A stretch of DNA of 64,000 bases from Phycisphaeraceae bacterium (GCA_021299385.1 JAJTGZ010000006.1:9926-73925); one strand, 5' to 3'. Numbered from the stretch's first letter, positions 29,392-39,990 are shown. Translations and numbers: made by a program. The notes: generated by a model not told the origin, from the letters alone.

Positions 29392-30105
29392 TCAGCGGGC
29401 GATCTGGCGGGCCAAAGCCCCCAGCCGGGCCAGGGCTTCGGGGAGTTTCCAGACCTGCCCGGCACGCCGGCCTGTGGTGTTGCTGATGACGCGGAGCTCG
29501 GCAAAGGCCAGGGCGTGGCGAACGGCGACCAAGGCGACCGCGGCCCCCTCCATACCCTCGGCTGTTGCGTTGGTGCGTTGGACGACCTGCCTGGCAGCCT
29601 CGTCGGTCCCTGAGCATGTCGAGAGCGTGGCGATCGGGGCAGGGGGGTGCGGGCACAGGCACGCGAGCGCACGCCCCCACGCCGGGGTTATGGGCAACCC
29701 GAGGGACCCATCGGGGAACGGCCCGAACCCAGCGGCGGCAAAGGTCTCAAACCCATTGGGGGTGAGCACGCCCTCGTCGGCAAAGATGCTTGTGCTGGCG
29801 AGGGCGACAGAGCCGAGCAGGTGCACACCGCCTGGGACCAGGGTTCCGGCGATGCCCAAACTGAGCACCCCGGCGTAGACGCCCGCTCGCGCTCCGAGGA
29901 CGCTCGCCACACCACCGGCGGCGGCGGCCTTGCCCACGCCGGTGATGACGAGGTCCACGCCGGGCGCGAGCGCGACAGCCTGCCACGGGGCAACCCCCCC
30001 ACTCTCAACGCCGAACCCGCCCAGCACGGCCTGGGCCTCGTTCATCGCGGCCACGGCGATGAGCAGTTTGCGATCGCCGACGAGTTCTTGCAAGAGGCCA
30101 CTCAT
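29392..30105 (-). CDS. mqnB: Futalosine hydrolase
   Basis: TGVGKAAAA, LSLGIAG, ADEG, TLSTCSGT, AEGMEGAAVA, ELRVISNTTG.R..QVW. Confidence 0.85.
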   Translation of the reverse strand: MSGLLQELVGDRKLLIAVAAMNEAQAVLGGFGVESGGVAPWQAVALAPGVDLVITGVGKAAAAGGVASVLGARAGVYAGVLSLGIAGTLVPGGVHLLGSVALASTSIFADEGVLTPNGFETFAAAGFGPFPDGSLGLPITPAWGRALACLCPHPPAPIATLSTCSGTDEAARQVVQRTNATAEGMEGAAVALVAVRHALAFAELRVISNTTGRRAGQVWKLPEALARLGALARQIAR

Positions 30106-30887
30106 GCCGGGGCCGATTTCTGGGTTGTGTTACCGGCAGCACCGGCATCTAGTTTGATCAGGCCAGCATCGTCCAGTTCCACCAAGCTGCGGGGCTTGGT
30201 CGTCAGCGTCGCGCCCGCGTCTTTCAACTCCTTGGCAAGTTCCAAGCGGAGGGCTTCGATGCGCTCGGCCAGGTACTCCAGCCCGGCGTCGGGCTTCATC
30301 GCCGAGAGTGTGGCACGGGGGATCACCTGCCCGACCTTGACGCGGATCGGCATACCAACCCTGGGCGTCGATCGCCCGCGCGGGAAGGCGTCGAACGTTC
30401 CCTCGACTGCCACCGGCAGCACGTCGCACTCGGTGCGTGCAAAGACCAGCCAGGCGCCGCGCTTGAACGGGTGCATCGCACCGTCGGGCGAGCGTGAGCC
30501 TTCGGGGAAGATCAGGACGGCCGAGCCGCCGGTGAGGCGGTCGATCGCCGCGCGGATCGCGGCGGTGTCGGGCGCGCCCTGCTTGATCGGGACGCAGTTG
30601 ACCCCGCGGAAGATGAAACTGGCGATCGGGTTCTTGAACAGATCGGCCTTGGCGATATAGACCAGATGCCGGCAGCGTATCGCCAAGCCCACGGCGAAGG
30701 GGTCCAGGTTCGACAGGTGGTTGCTGACGACCAGCAACGACCCCTTGGGCGGGACGTTGGCCGAGCCGAGGGCTTTGTAGCGGAAGAACAGGCCGTAGAG
30801 GAGGCGCGCCAGCGCCCACCCTGCCTCGTAAAAGAGCAGGCCGAAGAGACCCCGGCCAGGATCGCGGTCGCGTAGCGGAGTCGGCAC
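30102..30887 (-). CDS. plsC: 1-acyl-sn-glycerol-3-phosphate acyltransferase family
   Basis: SNHLSNLD (HX4D), YIAK, IFPEGSRS, FKRG; GTG start inferred. Confidence 0.85.
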   Translation of the reverse strand: MPTPLRDRDPGRGLFGLLFYEAGWALARLLYGLFFRYKALGSANVPPKGSLLVVSNHLSNLDPFAVGLAIRCRHLVYIAKADLFKNPIASFIFRGVNCVPIKQGAPDTAAIRAAIDRLTGGSAVLIFPEGSRSPDGAMHPFKRGAWLVFARTECDVLPVAVEGTFDAFPRGRSTPRVGMPIRVKVGQVIPRATLSAMKPDAGLEYLAERIEALRLELAKELKDAGATLTTKPRSLVELDDAGLIKLDAGAAGNTTQKSAPA

Positions 30888-31011
30888 GGAGGAATGTAGG
30901 GAAGATGGGAGCGGGCCGGCGAGCGGGGCCGGGCGGGGGGAATGGGTGGTGTGGGTTGGTGGTGGCGTCTTTTGCGGGCCCGCTGCCGGGCGTGCCGATA
31001 CGGGCTGGACT

Positions 31012-33741
31012 ATGGCGCGAATCTCCTCGACCAAGTCCCTTGGCGACGGTCATGTCTTTGGCACCACGTTGACGCGGGATACCCGGACGGGTGTGGGGAC
31101 GTACCTGACGTGGTTTGTGCAGGTTGGGGCGTTGGTCTTTCTGGCCTGTGCGCTCTTCTCGTTTGACGCCGGGGACTGGCCGGGGGCGTCGGTCTACCCG
31201 CACAACGACCCGGCGCGCAACTGGTGCGGCGTCGCGGGTGCCGTGCCGGCTTACTTCCTGCTTTCGCTGCTCGGGGCGGGGGCATGGGTGCTTGTGATGC
31301 TGTGGGGGTTGTACCTCTTTGTAACGGGGTTTGTGGCCCGTGTGGGGCACCCGGTGGTGCGGGGGCTCGGTGGGGTGCTCATCGCCGCGGGCGTGGCGGG
31401 TGTGCAGGCGCTGCACTGGCCGCAGAGCGGGGCGATCGCGGGGCTGGGTGGGGGGAGCCTGGGGACGGTCGTGGCGGGAATCTTGCGCGACAACTTCAGC
31501 ACCCTCGGCAGCACGTTCATCTTGCTGCTGGTGGTGCTTGTTGGTGCGGTGGTGGCGCTAGACGTGTGGGTGATCATCGCGCCGGCGTGGGCAGCCCGGC
31601 AGGTGGTTCGGGCCGGGCCGCCGCTGGTGCGGGCAACGAGCGCGACGGCGGCGGGGACGGTCGGGGTTTCCAGGCGTTTGCAAGGGTTGGCCGGGGACAT
31701 CTTTGCGGGCCTTGGCAGGGCCAAGCCGGGGTACGACCAAACGCTCGATGCCCTCGGCGGGGAGGATGAGGACAAACCCGTCAGCGAGGTGGAGGCAAAG
31801 AAGAAGCGTGCCAAGAAGGAGAAGGCCGGGCCTGTGGAGGTCATCGACGAGAACGCAGGGGGGATTGGGGGGACGCAGGCGTTCGACCCGCAGGAGCACA
31901 CCGAGGTCGTGGCCGGGGCCGGGGCCGGGGCCGAGGTCGAGGTCGAGGATGACGCGGAAGATGAAGAATCAGAACCGACCAACGGCAAGAAGGGTTGGAC
32001 GCCCGAAGAGTTGCGTGCCAAGATCGCCCGGCTGCCGCTGCAGATGGCCGGCACCACCAGCAAGAGCGCGACGCAGGAAGACCTGCGCGACATCCAGAGC
32101 ATGGGAGACCTGGAGGGGTACAAGTTCCCGGGGCTGGACCAGCTCGAGGAGCCGGAGGCGAACTTCAGCCAGACGATGGAGGCGTACGTCCGTGAGCAGG
32201 CGGGCGCGCTCGAGCGTGCGCTGAAGGAATACCGGATCGACGGGGAGGTGGTCGGCATCCAGTCCGGGCCGGTGATTACGAACTATGAAATCCGCCTTGC
32301 GCCGGGGACGAAGGTCTCGGCGTTGACGGGGGTGGCCAGCGACCTGGCCCGGTCGCTCAAGGCCGTCAACGTGCGGATCGTCAGCAACACCGCCGGGCGC
32401 GACACGGTGGGCGTGGAGGTGCCCAACGCGCACAAGGAGAAGGTTCGCCTCAAGGAGCTCATGGGCAAGAGCGCGGTCTACTCGAGCATGACGCTGCCGA
32501 TGTTCCTGGGCAAGGACGCCAGCGGCGAGCCGTTGATCCAGGACCTGGCCAAGATGCCGCACATGCTCATCGCGGGCACCACCGGCTCGGGCAAGTCGGT
32601 CTGCATGAGCAGCATCCTGATGAGTTTCCTCTACACCAAGAAGCCCAACGAGCTGAAGCTGGTGCTTGTGGACCCCAAGATGGTCGAGCTCTCGCAGTTC
32701 AAGGACATCCCGCACCTGATGTGCCCTGTGGTTACAGAAATGGGCAAGGCGGCGGCGATCCTCGAGTGGGCCGTGCGCAAGATGGACGAACGGTACGAAC
32801 TGCTGGCCGAGGCGGGCGTCAACGCAATCGCGTCGTACAACGCCCTGTCGTGGGAGGAACTCCGCGAGCGCTTCAACCCGGCAGACGAGGCCGAGGCGGC
32901 ACGCATCCCCAAGAAACTGCCGTACATGGTCTTTGTCATTGACGAACTGGCCGACCTGATGATGACGAACAAGGAGGTAGAAACCTCGATCATCCGCCTG
33001 GCACAAAAAGCCCGCGCGGTCGGGATGCACCTGATCCTGGCGACGCAGCGGCCGCAGGCGAACGTTGTTACGGGGCTGATCAAGTCGAACATGCCCAGCC
33101 GGATTGCCTTCAAGGTCTCCAGCGGGATGGACTCGCGGATCGTGATGGACCAGAAGGGCGCCGAGCTGCTGCTGGGGCAGGGGGACATGCTTTTCCTGTC
33201 GCCACGGTCGAGCGAGCTGACGCGTGCGCAGGGGACGCTGGTGGACGACAAGGAGATCAGGCGGGTCGTCAAGTTCCTGCGCGAGATCGCCCAGCCGAGT
33301 TACGAGCGTTCGCTGATGCAGATCAAGACAGGGGCCGCGGCAGGGACCGTCGCCGACGACACCGACGAGGCACCGGCGGACCCGAACGCGGTCAACAACG
33401 GGTACGCCGTGGCCCAGCAGGACGACCTCTTTGAGAAGGCCGTGGACGTGGTGATGGAGACCAAGGTCGGCAGCGTCTCGATGCTGCAGCGTCGCCTGGC
33501 GATCGGGTACACGCGCTCGGCACGCCTGATCGAACTGATGGGGCACGTGGGCATCCTGGGCGCACACAAGGGGACGCAGGCGCGCGAGGTCGTCATGGGC
33601 GAAGAAGAATGGCAGGCGATGAAGGCCCAGATGGCCGCCGACCGCGAGGCGGGCACGAGCACGAGCGTCCCCTTCGAGGCGAACGTCGCGGGCGAGGGGG
33701 CCAAGGTGCCGGTGGACGATGATGAAGCAAGGCTCGGGTGA
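31012..33741 (+). CDS. ftsK: DNA translocase FtsK
   Basis: N-terminal TM domain (NWCG), MPHMLIAGTTGSGKSV, VIDELADLM, HLILATQRP, GAELLLGQGDML, gamma domain LQRRLAIGYTRSARL. Confidence 0.95.
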   Translation: MARISSTKSLGDGHVFGTTLTRDTRTGVGTYLTWFVQVGALVFLACALFSFDAGDWPGASVYPHNDPARNWCGVAGAVPAYFLLSLLGAGAWVLVMLWGLYLFVTGFVARVGHPVVRGLGGVLIAAGVAGVQALHWPQSGAIAGLGGGSLGTVVAGILRDNFSTLGSTFILLLVVLVGAVVALDVWVIIAPAWAARQVVRAGPPLVRATSATAAGTVGVSRRLQGLAGDIFAGLGRAKPGYDQTLDALGGEDEDKPVSEVEAKKKRAKKEKAGPVEVIDENAGGIGGTQAFDPQEHTEVVAGAGAGAEVEVEDDAEDEESEPTNGKKGWTPEELRAKIARLPLQMAGTTSKSATQEDLRDIQSMGDLEGYKFPGLDQLEEPEANFSQTMEAYVREQAGALERALKEYRIDGEVVGIQSGPVITNYEIRLAPGTKVSALTGVASDLARSLKAVNVRIVSNTAGRDTVGVEVPNAHKEKVRLKELMGKSAVYSSMTLPMFLGKDASGEPLIQDLAKMPHMLIAGTTGSGKSVCMSSILMSFLYTKKPNELKLVLVDPKMVELSQFKDIPHLMCPVVTEMGKAAAILEWAVRKMDERYELLAEAGVNAIASYNALSWEELRERFNPADEAEAARIPKKLPYMVFVIDELADLMMTNKEVETSIIRLAQKARAVGMHLILATQRPQANVVTGLIKSNMPSRIAFKVSSGMDSRIVMDQKGAELLLGQGDMLFLSPRSSELTRAQGTLVDDKEIRRVVKFLREIAQPSYERSLMQIKTGAAAGTVADDTDEAPADPNAVNNGYAVAQQDDLFEKAVDVVMETKVGSVSMLQRRLAIGYTRSARLIELMGHVGILGAHKGTQAREVVMGEEEWQAMKAQMAADREAGTSTSVPFEANVAGEGAKVPVDDDEARLG

Positions 33742-34568
33742 AAGCCAAAGGCCAGCCCACCCCGATCGGCATCGACCTGCACCACGCCGACTGGCTGGAC
33801 GCGGTGGCCACGCTCGCGCCGGCGTCGATCGACCTGCTCTACGCCGACTTACCCTTCGCCACAGGCAGCACCAAGCGCACGCCCCCTAACGCCAAGCGTG
33901 CCGGGCGCACCGTCAACGCCAGTTACGCCGACACCTTCGCCGGCAGCGATGGGTTCATCGGCTGGCTGCGTCCGCGCCTGCTGGCCACCCTCCCGGCACT
34001 GCGCCCCACCGCCTGCATCCTCCTGCACCTGGACTGGCGCACTTGCCACCACGCACGCCTGCTGCTCGACGACCTGCTCGGCCCGGCGTGCTTTGTCAAC
34101 CACCTCATCTGGTCCTATGGCCTCGGCGGCAGCTCCCCCCGCCGCTTCGCCCGCAAGCATGACGACATCCTCTTCTACGCCCGCACCCCGGGCAAGCACT
34201 ACTTTGACCCCCCACGCGTGCCAACCACCAGCAACCTCCTGCGTGGCAAGAGCAAGAAAATGACCGATGTGCTGGCCATCGCATCGATCAACAACATGGC
34301 CCGCGAACGGACCGGCTACCCGACACAAAAACCACTCGCGCTCCTCGACGTGCTCGTGCGTGCCTGCTCGCCGACGGGGGGGACCGTGCTGGACCCTTGC
34401 TGCGGCAGCGGGACGACGCTGGTCGCCGCCACGCTCGCGGGGCGGAAGGGCATCGGCATCGACCGGAGTGCTCAAGCGATTGCCGTGGCCCGCAAGCGGA
34501 TCAGGGAGGCCCGCCCCGCCAGCACCACCGGGGTGCCCAAGCGTGGCAAGCAACCGGGCCGGGCCTAA
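33738..34568 (+). CDS. Orphan beta-class N4-C/N6-A DNA methyltransferase
   Basis: Motif IV variant DLPF at N-terminus, GYPTQKP, motif I VLDPCCGSGTT at C-terminus; GTGA overlap with ftsK. Confidence 0.85.
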   Translation: MKAKGQPTPIGIDLHHADWLDAVATLAPASIDLLYADLPFATGSTKRTPPNAKRAGRTVNASYADTFAGSDGFIGWLRPRLLATLPALRPTACILLHLDWRTCHHARLLLDDLLGPACFVNHLIWSYGLGGSSPRRFARKHDDILFYARTPGKHYFDPPRVPTTSNLLRGKSKKMTDVLAIASINNMARERTGYPTQKPLALLDVLVRACSPTGGTVLDPCCGSGTTLVAATLAGRKGIGIDRSAQAIAVARKRIREARPASTTGVPKRGKQPGRA

Positions 34569-34632
34569 TATCCGTTGCCGGGTGTACGTCCTGCGTTTGC
34601 AGAGCCCAAGCCGCTTTTTTACGGAGTTTTCC

Positions 34633-34968
34633 ATGGCCAGCGCCAATGTTCACGAGTTTACCGAGAGCAACTTTTCCGCCGAGGTCCTCAACAGCGACAA
34701 GCCCGTGCTGGTGGATTTCTGGGCCGAGTGGTGCATGCCCTGCCGGATGCTCACGCCCACGATCGAGAAGATCGCCGAGTCGTTTGTCGGCAAGGCGAAG
34801 GTCGGCAAAGTGAACACCGACGACAGCCGGGAAATCTCCGTTAAATACGGGATCAACGCCATCCCCACCGTGATCCTGTTCAACAAGGGCCAGGTGGTGC
34901 AGAAGTTCACGGGCCTGCAGCAAGAGGCCGTGTACGCCGGGGCACTCACGTCGCTGACGGGCAAGTGA
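34633..34968 (+). CDS. trxA: Thioredoxin
   Basis: VLVDFWAEWCMPC, KVNTD, IPTV. Confidence 0.95.
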   Translation: MASANVHEFTESNFSAEVLNSDKPVLVDFWAEWCMPCRMLTPTIEKIAESFVGKAKVGKVNTDDSREISVKYGINAIPTVILFNKGQVVQKFTGLQQEAVYAGALTSLTGK

Positions 34969-35014
34969 TCGGCCAGGTCGCGTGGCACGCCCCCGGCGTG
35001 TATCGTCTGCAACC

Positions 35015-36280
35015 GTGCCGACCTACCTGCACATTTCCACGCGTCTGATCCTCGGCGGCTCGCAAGAGAACACGGTCCTGTCGTGCATGGGGCAGGCGAG
35101 GCTCGGGCACGCCGTGCATCTGGCCTTTGGGCCGATCTATGGGCCTGAAGGGTCGCTGCTGGCGCAGGTCCAGGCGTTCAACGCCCACTGCGCCGCGGGG
35201 GATGAACGGACGACCACCGGCTTGCCGTGCGCGCCGATCGGCCTGCACGAGGTCCCCAACCTCTGCCGGCAGGTCAGCCCGCTGCGCGATGCACGGGCGC
35301 TGGGTGAACTAGAAACGCTCATCCGCCGGCTCGACCCCGCCGTCGTCCACACCCACTCTTCCAAGGCGGGCATCCTGGGCCGGTGGGCCGCCTGGCGCAT
35401 CGCCCAGGGCCAGGGCAAGCCCACCATCGTCCACACCATCCACGGCCCACCCTTCATGCCGATCCAAGGGTCGGCCGTGCAGCGCCTCAAGACGCGCGGC
35501 GTCAACTACGCCTACACACTGGCCGAGCGCTTCGCGGCCAGACGCTGCCACGCCATCGCCTCCGTCGCGCAGGCGATGACCGATGAGTTCCTCGCCCGCA
35601 ACATCGGCAGGCCCGGGCAATACGCCACGGTCTATTCAGGGATGGACGTGGAGGCTTATCTCCCACCGGCCGACTACGCGCAGCGTCGCGCCTCGCTCCG
35701 CCAAGCCCTTGGCCTTGGTGCCGGGGACTTCGTCATCGGCACCGTCGCCCGCCTAGCCGAGCACAAGGGGCACGACGACCTGCTGGACGCCTTAGCCACG
35801 CACCTCAAGGCCCACCCGAAGTGGAAACTCCTCTGGGTCGGCGACGGTTGGTGGCGGCCTCGCCTCGAACACCGCCTCGAAGCCCTCGGCCTGCACAACC
35901 AGGTGGTCCTCACCGGCCTGCTCCCCAGCGAGCGCGTCGCCGAGCACCTGTGGACTATGGACGTGCTCGCCCACCCAAGCACACGCGAGGGCCTCCCCCG
36001 CACGGTTACACAGGCCCTGCTCGCGGGCGTCTGCCCCGTCGCCTACGACATCAACGGCACACGCGAGGTCTGCATCCCGAACCAGACCGGTCGCCTCATC
36101 ACCCCAGGCGACACAGCCGGGCTTGGCCGGGCGATACTCGACCTCTACAACGACCCGCAGGCCCGCCAGGCTCTTGCGCACGCGGGGCAAGCACTCTGCC
36201 GGGAGCGATTCGGTGCTGCACAGATGGTCGATGCGCTAGAGGCCTTCTACGCCAAGGCCAAACCCCTCCCCCGGCATTGA
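35015..36280 (+). CDS. Glycosyltransferase family 4
   Basis: HTHSSKAG.LGR, VHTIHG, VARL..HKGH, HPS.REGLPR. Confidence 0.88.
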   Translation: MPTYLHISTRLILGGSQENTVLSCMGQARLGHAVHLAFGPIYGPEGSLLAQVQAFNAHCAAGDERTTTGLPCAPIGLHEVPNLCRQVSPLRDARALGELETLIRRLDPAVVHTHSSKAGILGRWAAWRIAQGQGKPTIVHTIHGPPFMPIQGSAVQRLKTRGVNYAYTLAERFAARRCHAIASVAQAMTDEFLARNIGRPGQYATVYSGMDVEAYLPPADYAQRRASLRQALGLGAGDFVIGTVARLAEHKGHDDLLDALATHLKAHPKWKLLWVGDGWWRPRLEHRLEALGLHNQVVLTGLLPSERVAEHLWTMDVLAHPSTREGLPRTVTQALLAGVCPVAYDINGTREVCIPNQTGRLITPGDTAGLGRAILDLYNDPQARQALAHAGQALCRERFGAAQMVDALEAFYAKAKPLPRH

Positions 36281-36287
36281 TCCCCGC

Positions 36288-37373
36288 TCACTTGAGCCGC
36301 CCCCGCACCAACTCCGCCCGGAACTCCCGCCGTTGCTGCTGGTCCATCGGTCGGTCGGCGAGTTTCTGCAAGTGCCCTTGCTGGACCTGCACCAGCAGCT
36401 GCGTAACCGCGTGTGGCTCTAGCCCCGGCGCTTCGCCGCCGAGCACGCCCAAGAGCGTCCCCAGGCGTACCAGCGAGAGGTTGCCCATCGCCTCCTGGGG
36501 CGTCAGCAGCCGCGCGTGCCGCAGCAGCCCCAGCGCCCGGCAGATCGTGTCCTCCAAAAACCGCGCCCGCCGCGACAGCAGCGCCTGCCGAGCCGCACGC
36601 TCATACTCGGCCACCTTCGGGATGATCTCCGAGGCCAACTCCCGCAAGATCACCTGCTCGGCACGCCCGAGCGTCCGCTGGTTGCTCAGTTGGAAGAAGT
36701 CCCCCGTCGCCTCCGAACCCTCACCATAAAAACCTCGCACGGACATGCCCATATCCGCCGCCGCACGCTTGACCTTGTCGATCTCACCTGTCAGCCGGAG
36801 CGCCGGCAGGTGCAGCATCACGCTCATGCGCACCCCGGTGCCCACGTTCGTCGGGCACGCCGTCAGGTAGCCAAACCTCGGGGAGAAGGCCATGTCCAGC
36901 CCACCTTCGAGCTGGTCGTCGATGTCGCTGGCCCCCTGCCACGCCTCGTGCAGTGCCAGGCCCGGGCGCAGCACCTGCACGCGCAGGTGGTCTTCCTCGT
37001 TGACCATGATCGTCATCTGCTCATCGGGCAGCCCCACGGCCAGGCCTCGCGGCAGGTCACCCTTGGCCAGCTCCTTGCTCATCAGGTGCCGCTCGACAAG
37101 CAGCAGCCGGTCCAGCGTGGACAACTCTTGCACGTCTACCCAGAGCAGCCCCTGCGCCAGCGGTGTGCTGGCCAGCCGGGCCCGCACTGCCGCGATCACC
37201 TCCTGCCGCTGCCCGGGCGTCGCCCGCGAGAGGAACGGATACCCGCACAGGTTGCGCGCCAATCGCACACGCGACGAGACGACCACGTCCGCATCGGCAC
37301 CACCCGCAAGCCAGCACGCACCCCGCCGAGCCGAGCAAGCCGACCACGGCATCTGGTCCTCGGGCACGTTCAC
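36288..37373 (-). CDS. mcsB: Protein arginine kinase
   Basis: SSRVRLARN, LVERHLMS, MVNEEDHLR, GYLTACPTNVGTG.R.SVMLHLP, VRGFYGEGS, QLSNQ.TLG. Confidence 0.93.
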   Translation of the reverse strand: MNVPEDQMPWSACSARRGACWLAGGADADVVVSSRVRLARNLCGYPFLSRATPGQRQEVIAAVRARLASTPLAQGLLWVDVQELSTLDRLLLVERHLMSKELAKGDLPRGLAVGLPDEQMTIMVNEEDHLRVQVLRPGLALHEAWQGASDIDDQLEGGLDMAFSPRFGYLTACPTNVGTGVRMSVMLHLPALRLTGEIDKVKRAAADMGMSVRGFYGEGSEATGDFFQLSNQRTLGRAEQVILRELASEIIPKVAEYERAARQALLSRRARFLEDTICRALGLLRHARLLTPQEAMGNLSLVRLGTLLGVLGGEAPGLEPHAVTQLLVQVQQGHLQKLADRPMDQQQRREFRAELVRGRLK

Positions 37374-37948
37374 AGCGCAGGCCCCCCACCCACGCGCCGG
37401 ACCAGCCGGGCGATCTCATCGCGCAGCGACGCCGCACGCTCATACTGCTCATCGCTCAACGCACGCTCAAGCTCCTCACGCAAGCCGCGCACACGCGCGA
37501 CGATCTCCGCCGCACCAGTTCCAACGCCCACCCCCGCCTCCACTACCGGCCCCCCCTCCTGCCCAAGGCCCGCTGACTCCCCCAGCGCCCGCTTGGGCAC
37601 CTTGCCCACATGCTGGCACGCACCCTCCTGTACCCGCTGGATCAAGGGCAACAGGTGCCCTTCCAGCGCGACGTAGCACGCCGCACACCCCAACCGCTCG
37701 GCCTGGCGAAAACCCGCAAACGTCATCCCGCACGCCGGGCAGACGCTGCTCTGCGGAGCCTCACCCCCCCGCGCCACCTGCGGGCCGGCAGGGTGCTCAA
37801 CCGACTTGGCCTGCCCTGGCATCGGGCCGATCTGCAGCACCCCCTTGGCCTGGGCGCACTGCTCGCACAGGTGCCGTTCGCTCCGCTTGCCGTGCTGGAT
37901 CGAGACCTCGTGGACCGTCGCCTCGCGTTCGCAACAGTCGCACTTCAT
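37370..37948 (-). CDS. mcsA: McsA (CXXC motifs + UVR coiled coil)
   Basis: CDCC, HLCEQCA, CPACG...RLGCAACY, HVGKVP, EQYERAASLRDEI. Confidence 0.9.
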   Translation of the reverse strand: MKCDCCEREATVHEVSIQHGKRSERHLCEQCAQAKGVLQIGPMPGQAKSVEHPAGPQVARGGEAPQSSVCPACGMTFAGFRQAERLGCAACYVALEGHLLPLIQRVQEGACQHVGKVPKRALGESAGLGQEGGPVVEAGVGVGTGAAEIVARVRGLREELERALSDEQYERAASLRDEIARLVRRVGGGPAL

Positions 37949-38054
37949 GGGCAAGGATAGAACGGGCGCCGGGAGGTTTGATATACTCCTCGCCCCCGGG
38001 CGTGTGGCCCGCTGGCGTGGTTGCCGCGTCCAGATATCTACCAGGAGTTTCAAC

Positions 38055-38210
38055 GTGAAGAACGCACGCAAGATCGTCCGCACCGTGGCCGTGGTTTCCA
38101 TCATCGGCGCAGGGCTGGCCCTGGCCGCCTGCGAGACTACCAAAGGCGTCGGCAAAGACATCCAGTACGGCGCCCAGAAGACCCAGGACGCCCTCGACGG
38201 CAAGAAGTAA
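38055..38210 (+). CDS. Entericidin A/B family lipoprotein
   Basis: SD AGGAG, GTG start, lipobox LAAC followed by ETTKGVGKDIQ. Confidence 0.8.
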   Translation: MKNARKIVRTVAVVSIIGAGLALAACETTKGVGKDIQYGAQKTQDALDGKK

Positions 38211-38236
38211 TCCCAACCGCGGATAGTTCTTGTGCC

Positions 38237-38271
38237 GAACCCCTCCCCCGAGGGGAGGGGCAGGGGTGGGG
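38237..38271. repeat. 35-bp dispersed palindromic repeat, copy 3 (inverted)
   Basis: Reverse complement of 5487-5521. Confidence 0.9.
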
Positions 38272-38353
38272 CTAACCACTTCGGACGCCCAACATCCGGC
38301 GGTAAACCATTGAATCACATCCCCCTCCAGCGCAGAAGCACCCAGGCCAGCGC

Positions 38354-39811
38354 ATGACCAAAATTTTCATCGTCGCCCGGCGAGAGTTCCGCACCACCGT
38401 CCTGAGCAAGGCCTTCCTGCTCGGGCTGCTCTTGCCCCCGGTGTTGATGGTCTTGGGCATCGGCATCTCGGTCTTCTTCGGCACCGACCGCGCCCCGGCC
38501 GTCAAGGGGAGCGTCGCCATCATCGACCGCAGCGCAGCCAGCACGCCGACCTCCCCCACGGCCCCCACCGCCGAGGGCCTGGTCATCGCTGGCATCCGCA
38601 CGCGGATGACCCCCGAGGCGATCTCCACCGCCGCCGCACGCGCCGCCGGCGAGTCTATCAAAAAAGCAGCCAACGACGCCGCTGAAGCCGCCAGCAAGCC
38701 CCCCGGGGCAGACGGCGGGCAGGCCCAACTCCAAGCCGTCAAAGAGGTCATGGGCGCGGCGTCCAAAGCCCCCGACCTCACCCTCGAAACCCTCCCCCCG
38801 ACCGCCGACGCCGAGGCCGAAAAGGACAAACTCCGCGACTGGACCGTCGATGGTGGCGGCCGGCTCTATCTGGCCATCATCGACCGGGCCGTCATCGACC
38901 CCGCCGCGACCGCAGGCCAAGTGGGTGCCGGCGAAACCTACCAGGTCTTTACCGCACCCAAGCTCGACCCGCGTGTTTCCGCCCTGGTCAATGAGCAGGT
39001 CCGCGCCGCCGTCATCGAGGCACGCCTGATCCAGGCCGGGCTTGACCCCGCACGCGTCGAACAACTGACCAACCTCCCACGCGCACGCACAACCGAAGTA
39101 ACCAAAGACGGCCAGCGCGCCAGCACCGGCGGCTTGCAGTTCCTCATCCCCCTCGCGTTCTTCATGCTCATCTGGATCTCCGCCTTCAGCGGCGCAGGGC
39201 AACTGCTCAACAACACCATCGAAGAAAAATCCAACCGCATCATGGAGGTCCTCCTCTCGGCCGTCTCACCCTTCGAGCTCATGGCCGGCAAAATCATCGG
39301 CCAGCTCGGCGCGGGCCTGGTCATCATCGCCGTCTACGCCGGCGTCGGCCTCGTCGCCCTCGTGGGCCTCACCCTGGGGGACCTGGTCCAGCCGATGCAG
39401 CTCGTATGGCTCTGTGTTTTCTACGTCCTGGCCTACCTCTTCATCGCCTCGGTCTTTGCCGCTATCGGCTCGGCCGTGTCGGATATCCAAGAGGCCAACA
39501 GCCTTATGACCCCCGCGATGCTCCTGATCATGATCCCGATGTTCACCGTCTTTCCCATCATCCAGAACCCCACGGGGATGCTCGCACAGGTCCTCAGTTA
39601 CATCCCACCCTTCTCACCGTTTGCCATGATCGCCCGCGTCGGCAGCAACCAGCCACCCGCCCAGTGGCAGATCGCCCTCTCGGCACTCGTCTCGGCCGCC
39701 GGCGCGCTCGGGGCCATCTGGGTCGCCGCCAAAATCTTCCGCATCGGTGTGCTCCTCTACGGCAAGCCGCCGACCTTCGGCACGCTGCTGCGGTGGGTGC
39801 GGATGGCGTAG
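38354..39811 (+). CDS. ABC-2 type permease (NatB-like)
   Basis: IVARREF...SKAF, IEEKSNRIMEVLLSAVSPFELMAGK, six TMs, KIFRIGVLLYGK. Confidence 0.88.
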   Translation: MTKIFIVARREFRTTVLSKAFLLGLLLPPVLMVLGIGISVFFGTDRAPAVKGSVAIIDRSAASTPTSPTAPTAEGLVIAGIRTRMTPEAISTAAARAAGESIKKAANDAAEAASKPPGADGGQAQLQAVKEVMGAASKAPDLTLETLPPTADAEAEKDKLRDWTVDGGGRLYLAIIDRAVIDPAATAGQVGAGETYQVFTAPKLDPRVSALVNEQVRAAVIEARLIQAGLDPARVEQLTNLPRARTTEVTKDGQRASTGGLQFLIPLAFFMLIWISAFSGAGQLLNNTIEEKSNRIMEVLLSAVSPFELMAGKIIGQLGAGLVIIAVYAGVGLVALVGLTLGDLVQPMQLVWLCVFYVLAYLFIASVFAAIGSAVSDIQEANSLMTPAMLLIMIPMFTVFPIIQNPTGMLAQVLSYIPPFSPFAMIARVGSNQPPAQWQIALSALVSAAGALGAIWVAAKIFRIGVLLYGKPPTFGTLLRWVRMA

Positions 39812-39990
39812 TGGGGCGTGGTGGGGCGTGGTGAAGTGGCGGAGTGGCACCGGGTCAGAGAGACATAGTTACAAAGTTGCAAAGTTGCAAAGTGACAAAG
39901 CAGCAAGATCATCTGTGCCACTTTCCCACTCTTTCACTTTGCCACTTTGCCACTTTGCCACTTCGTCACTCTGCCACTCCGCCACTCCCC
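39811..39990. repeat. Inverted arrays of 8-bp units between convergent genes
   Basis: Left arm (gcaaagtt/gcggagtg)n, right arm (cactttgc/cactccgc)n. Confidence 0.8.

Noticed and set aside
36288..37948. mcsA-mcsB without adjacent ctsR/clpC as a novel system
   Set aside because: These are known families, and a missing neighbour in one window is weak evidence.
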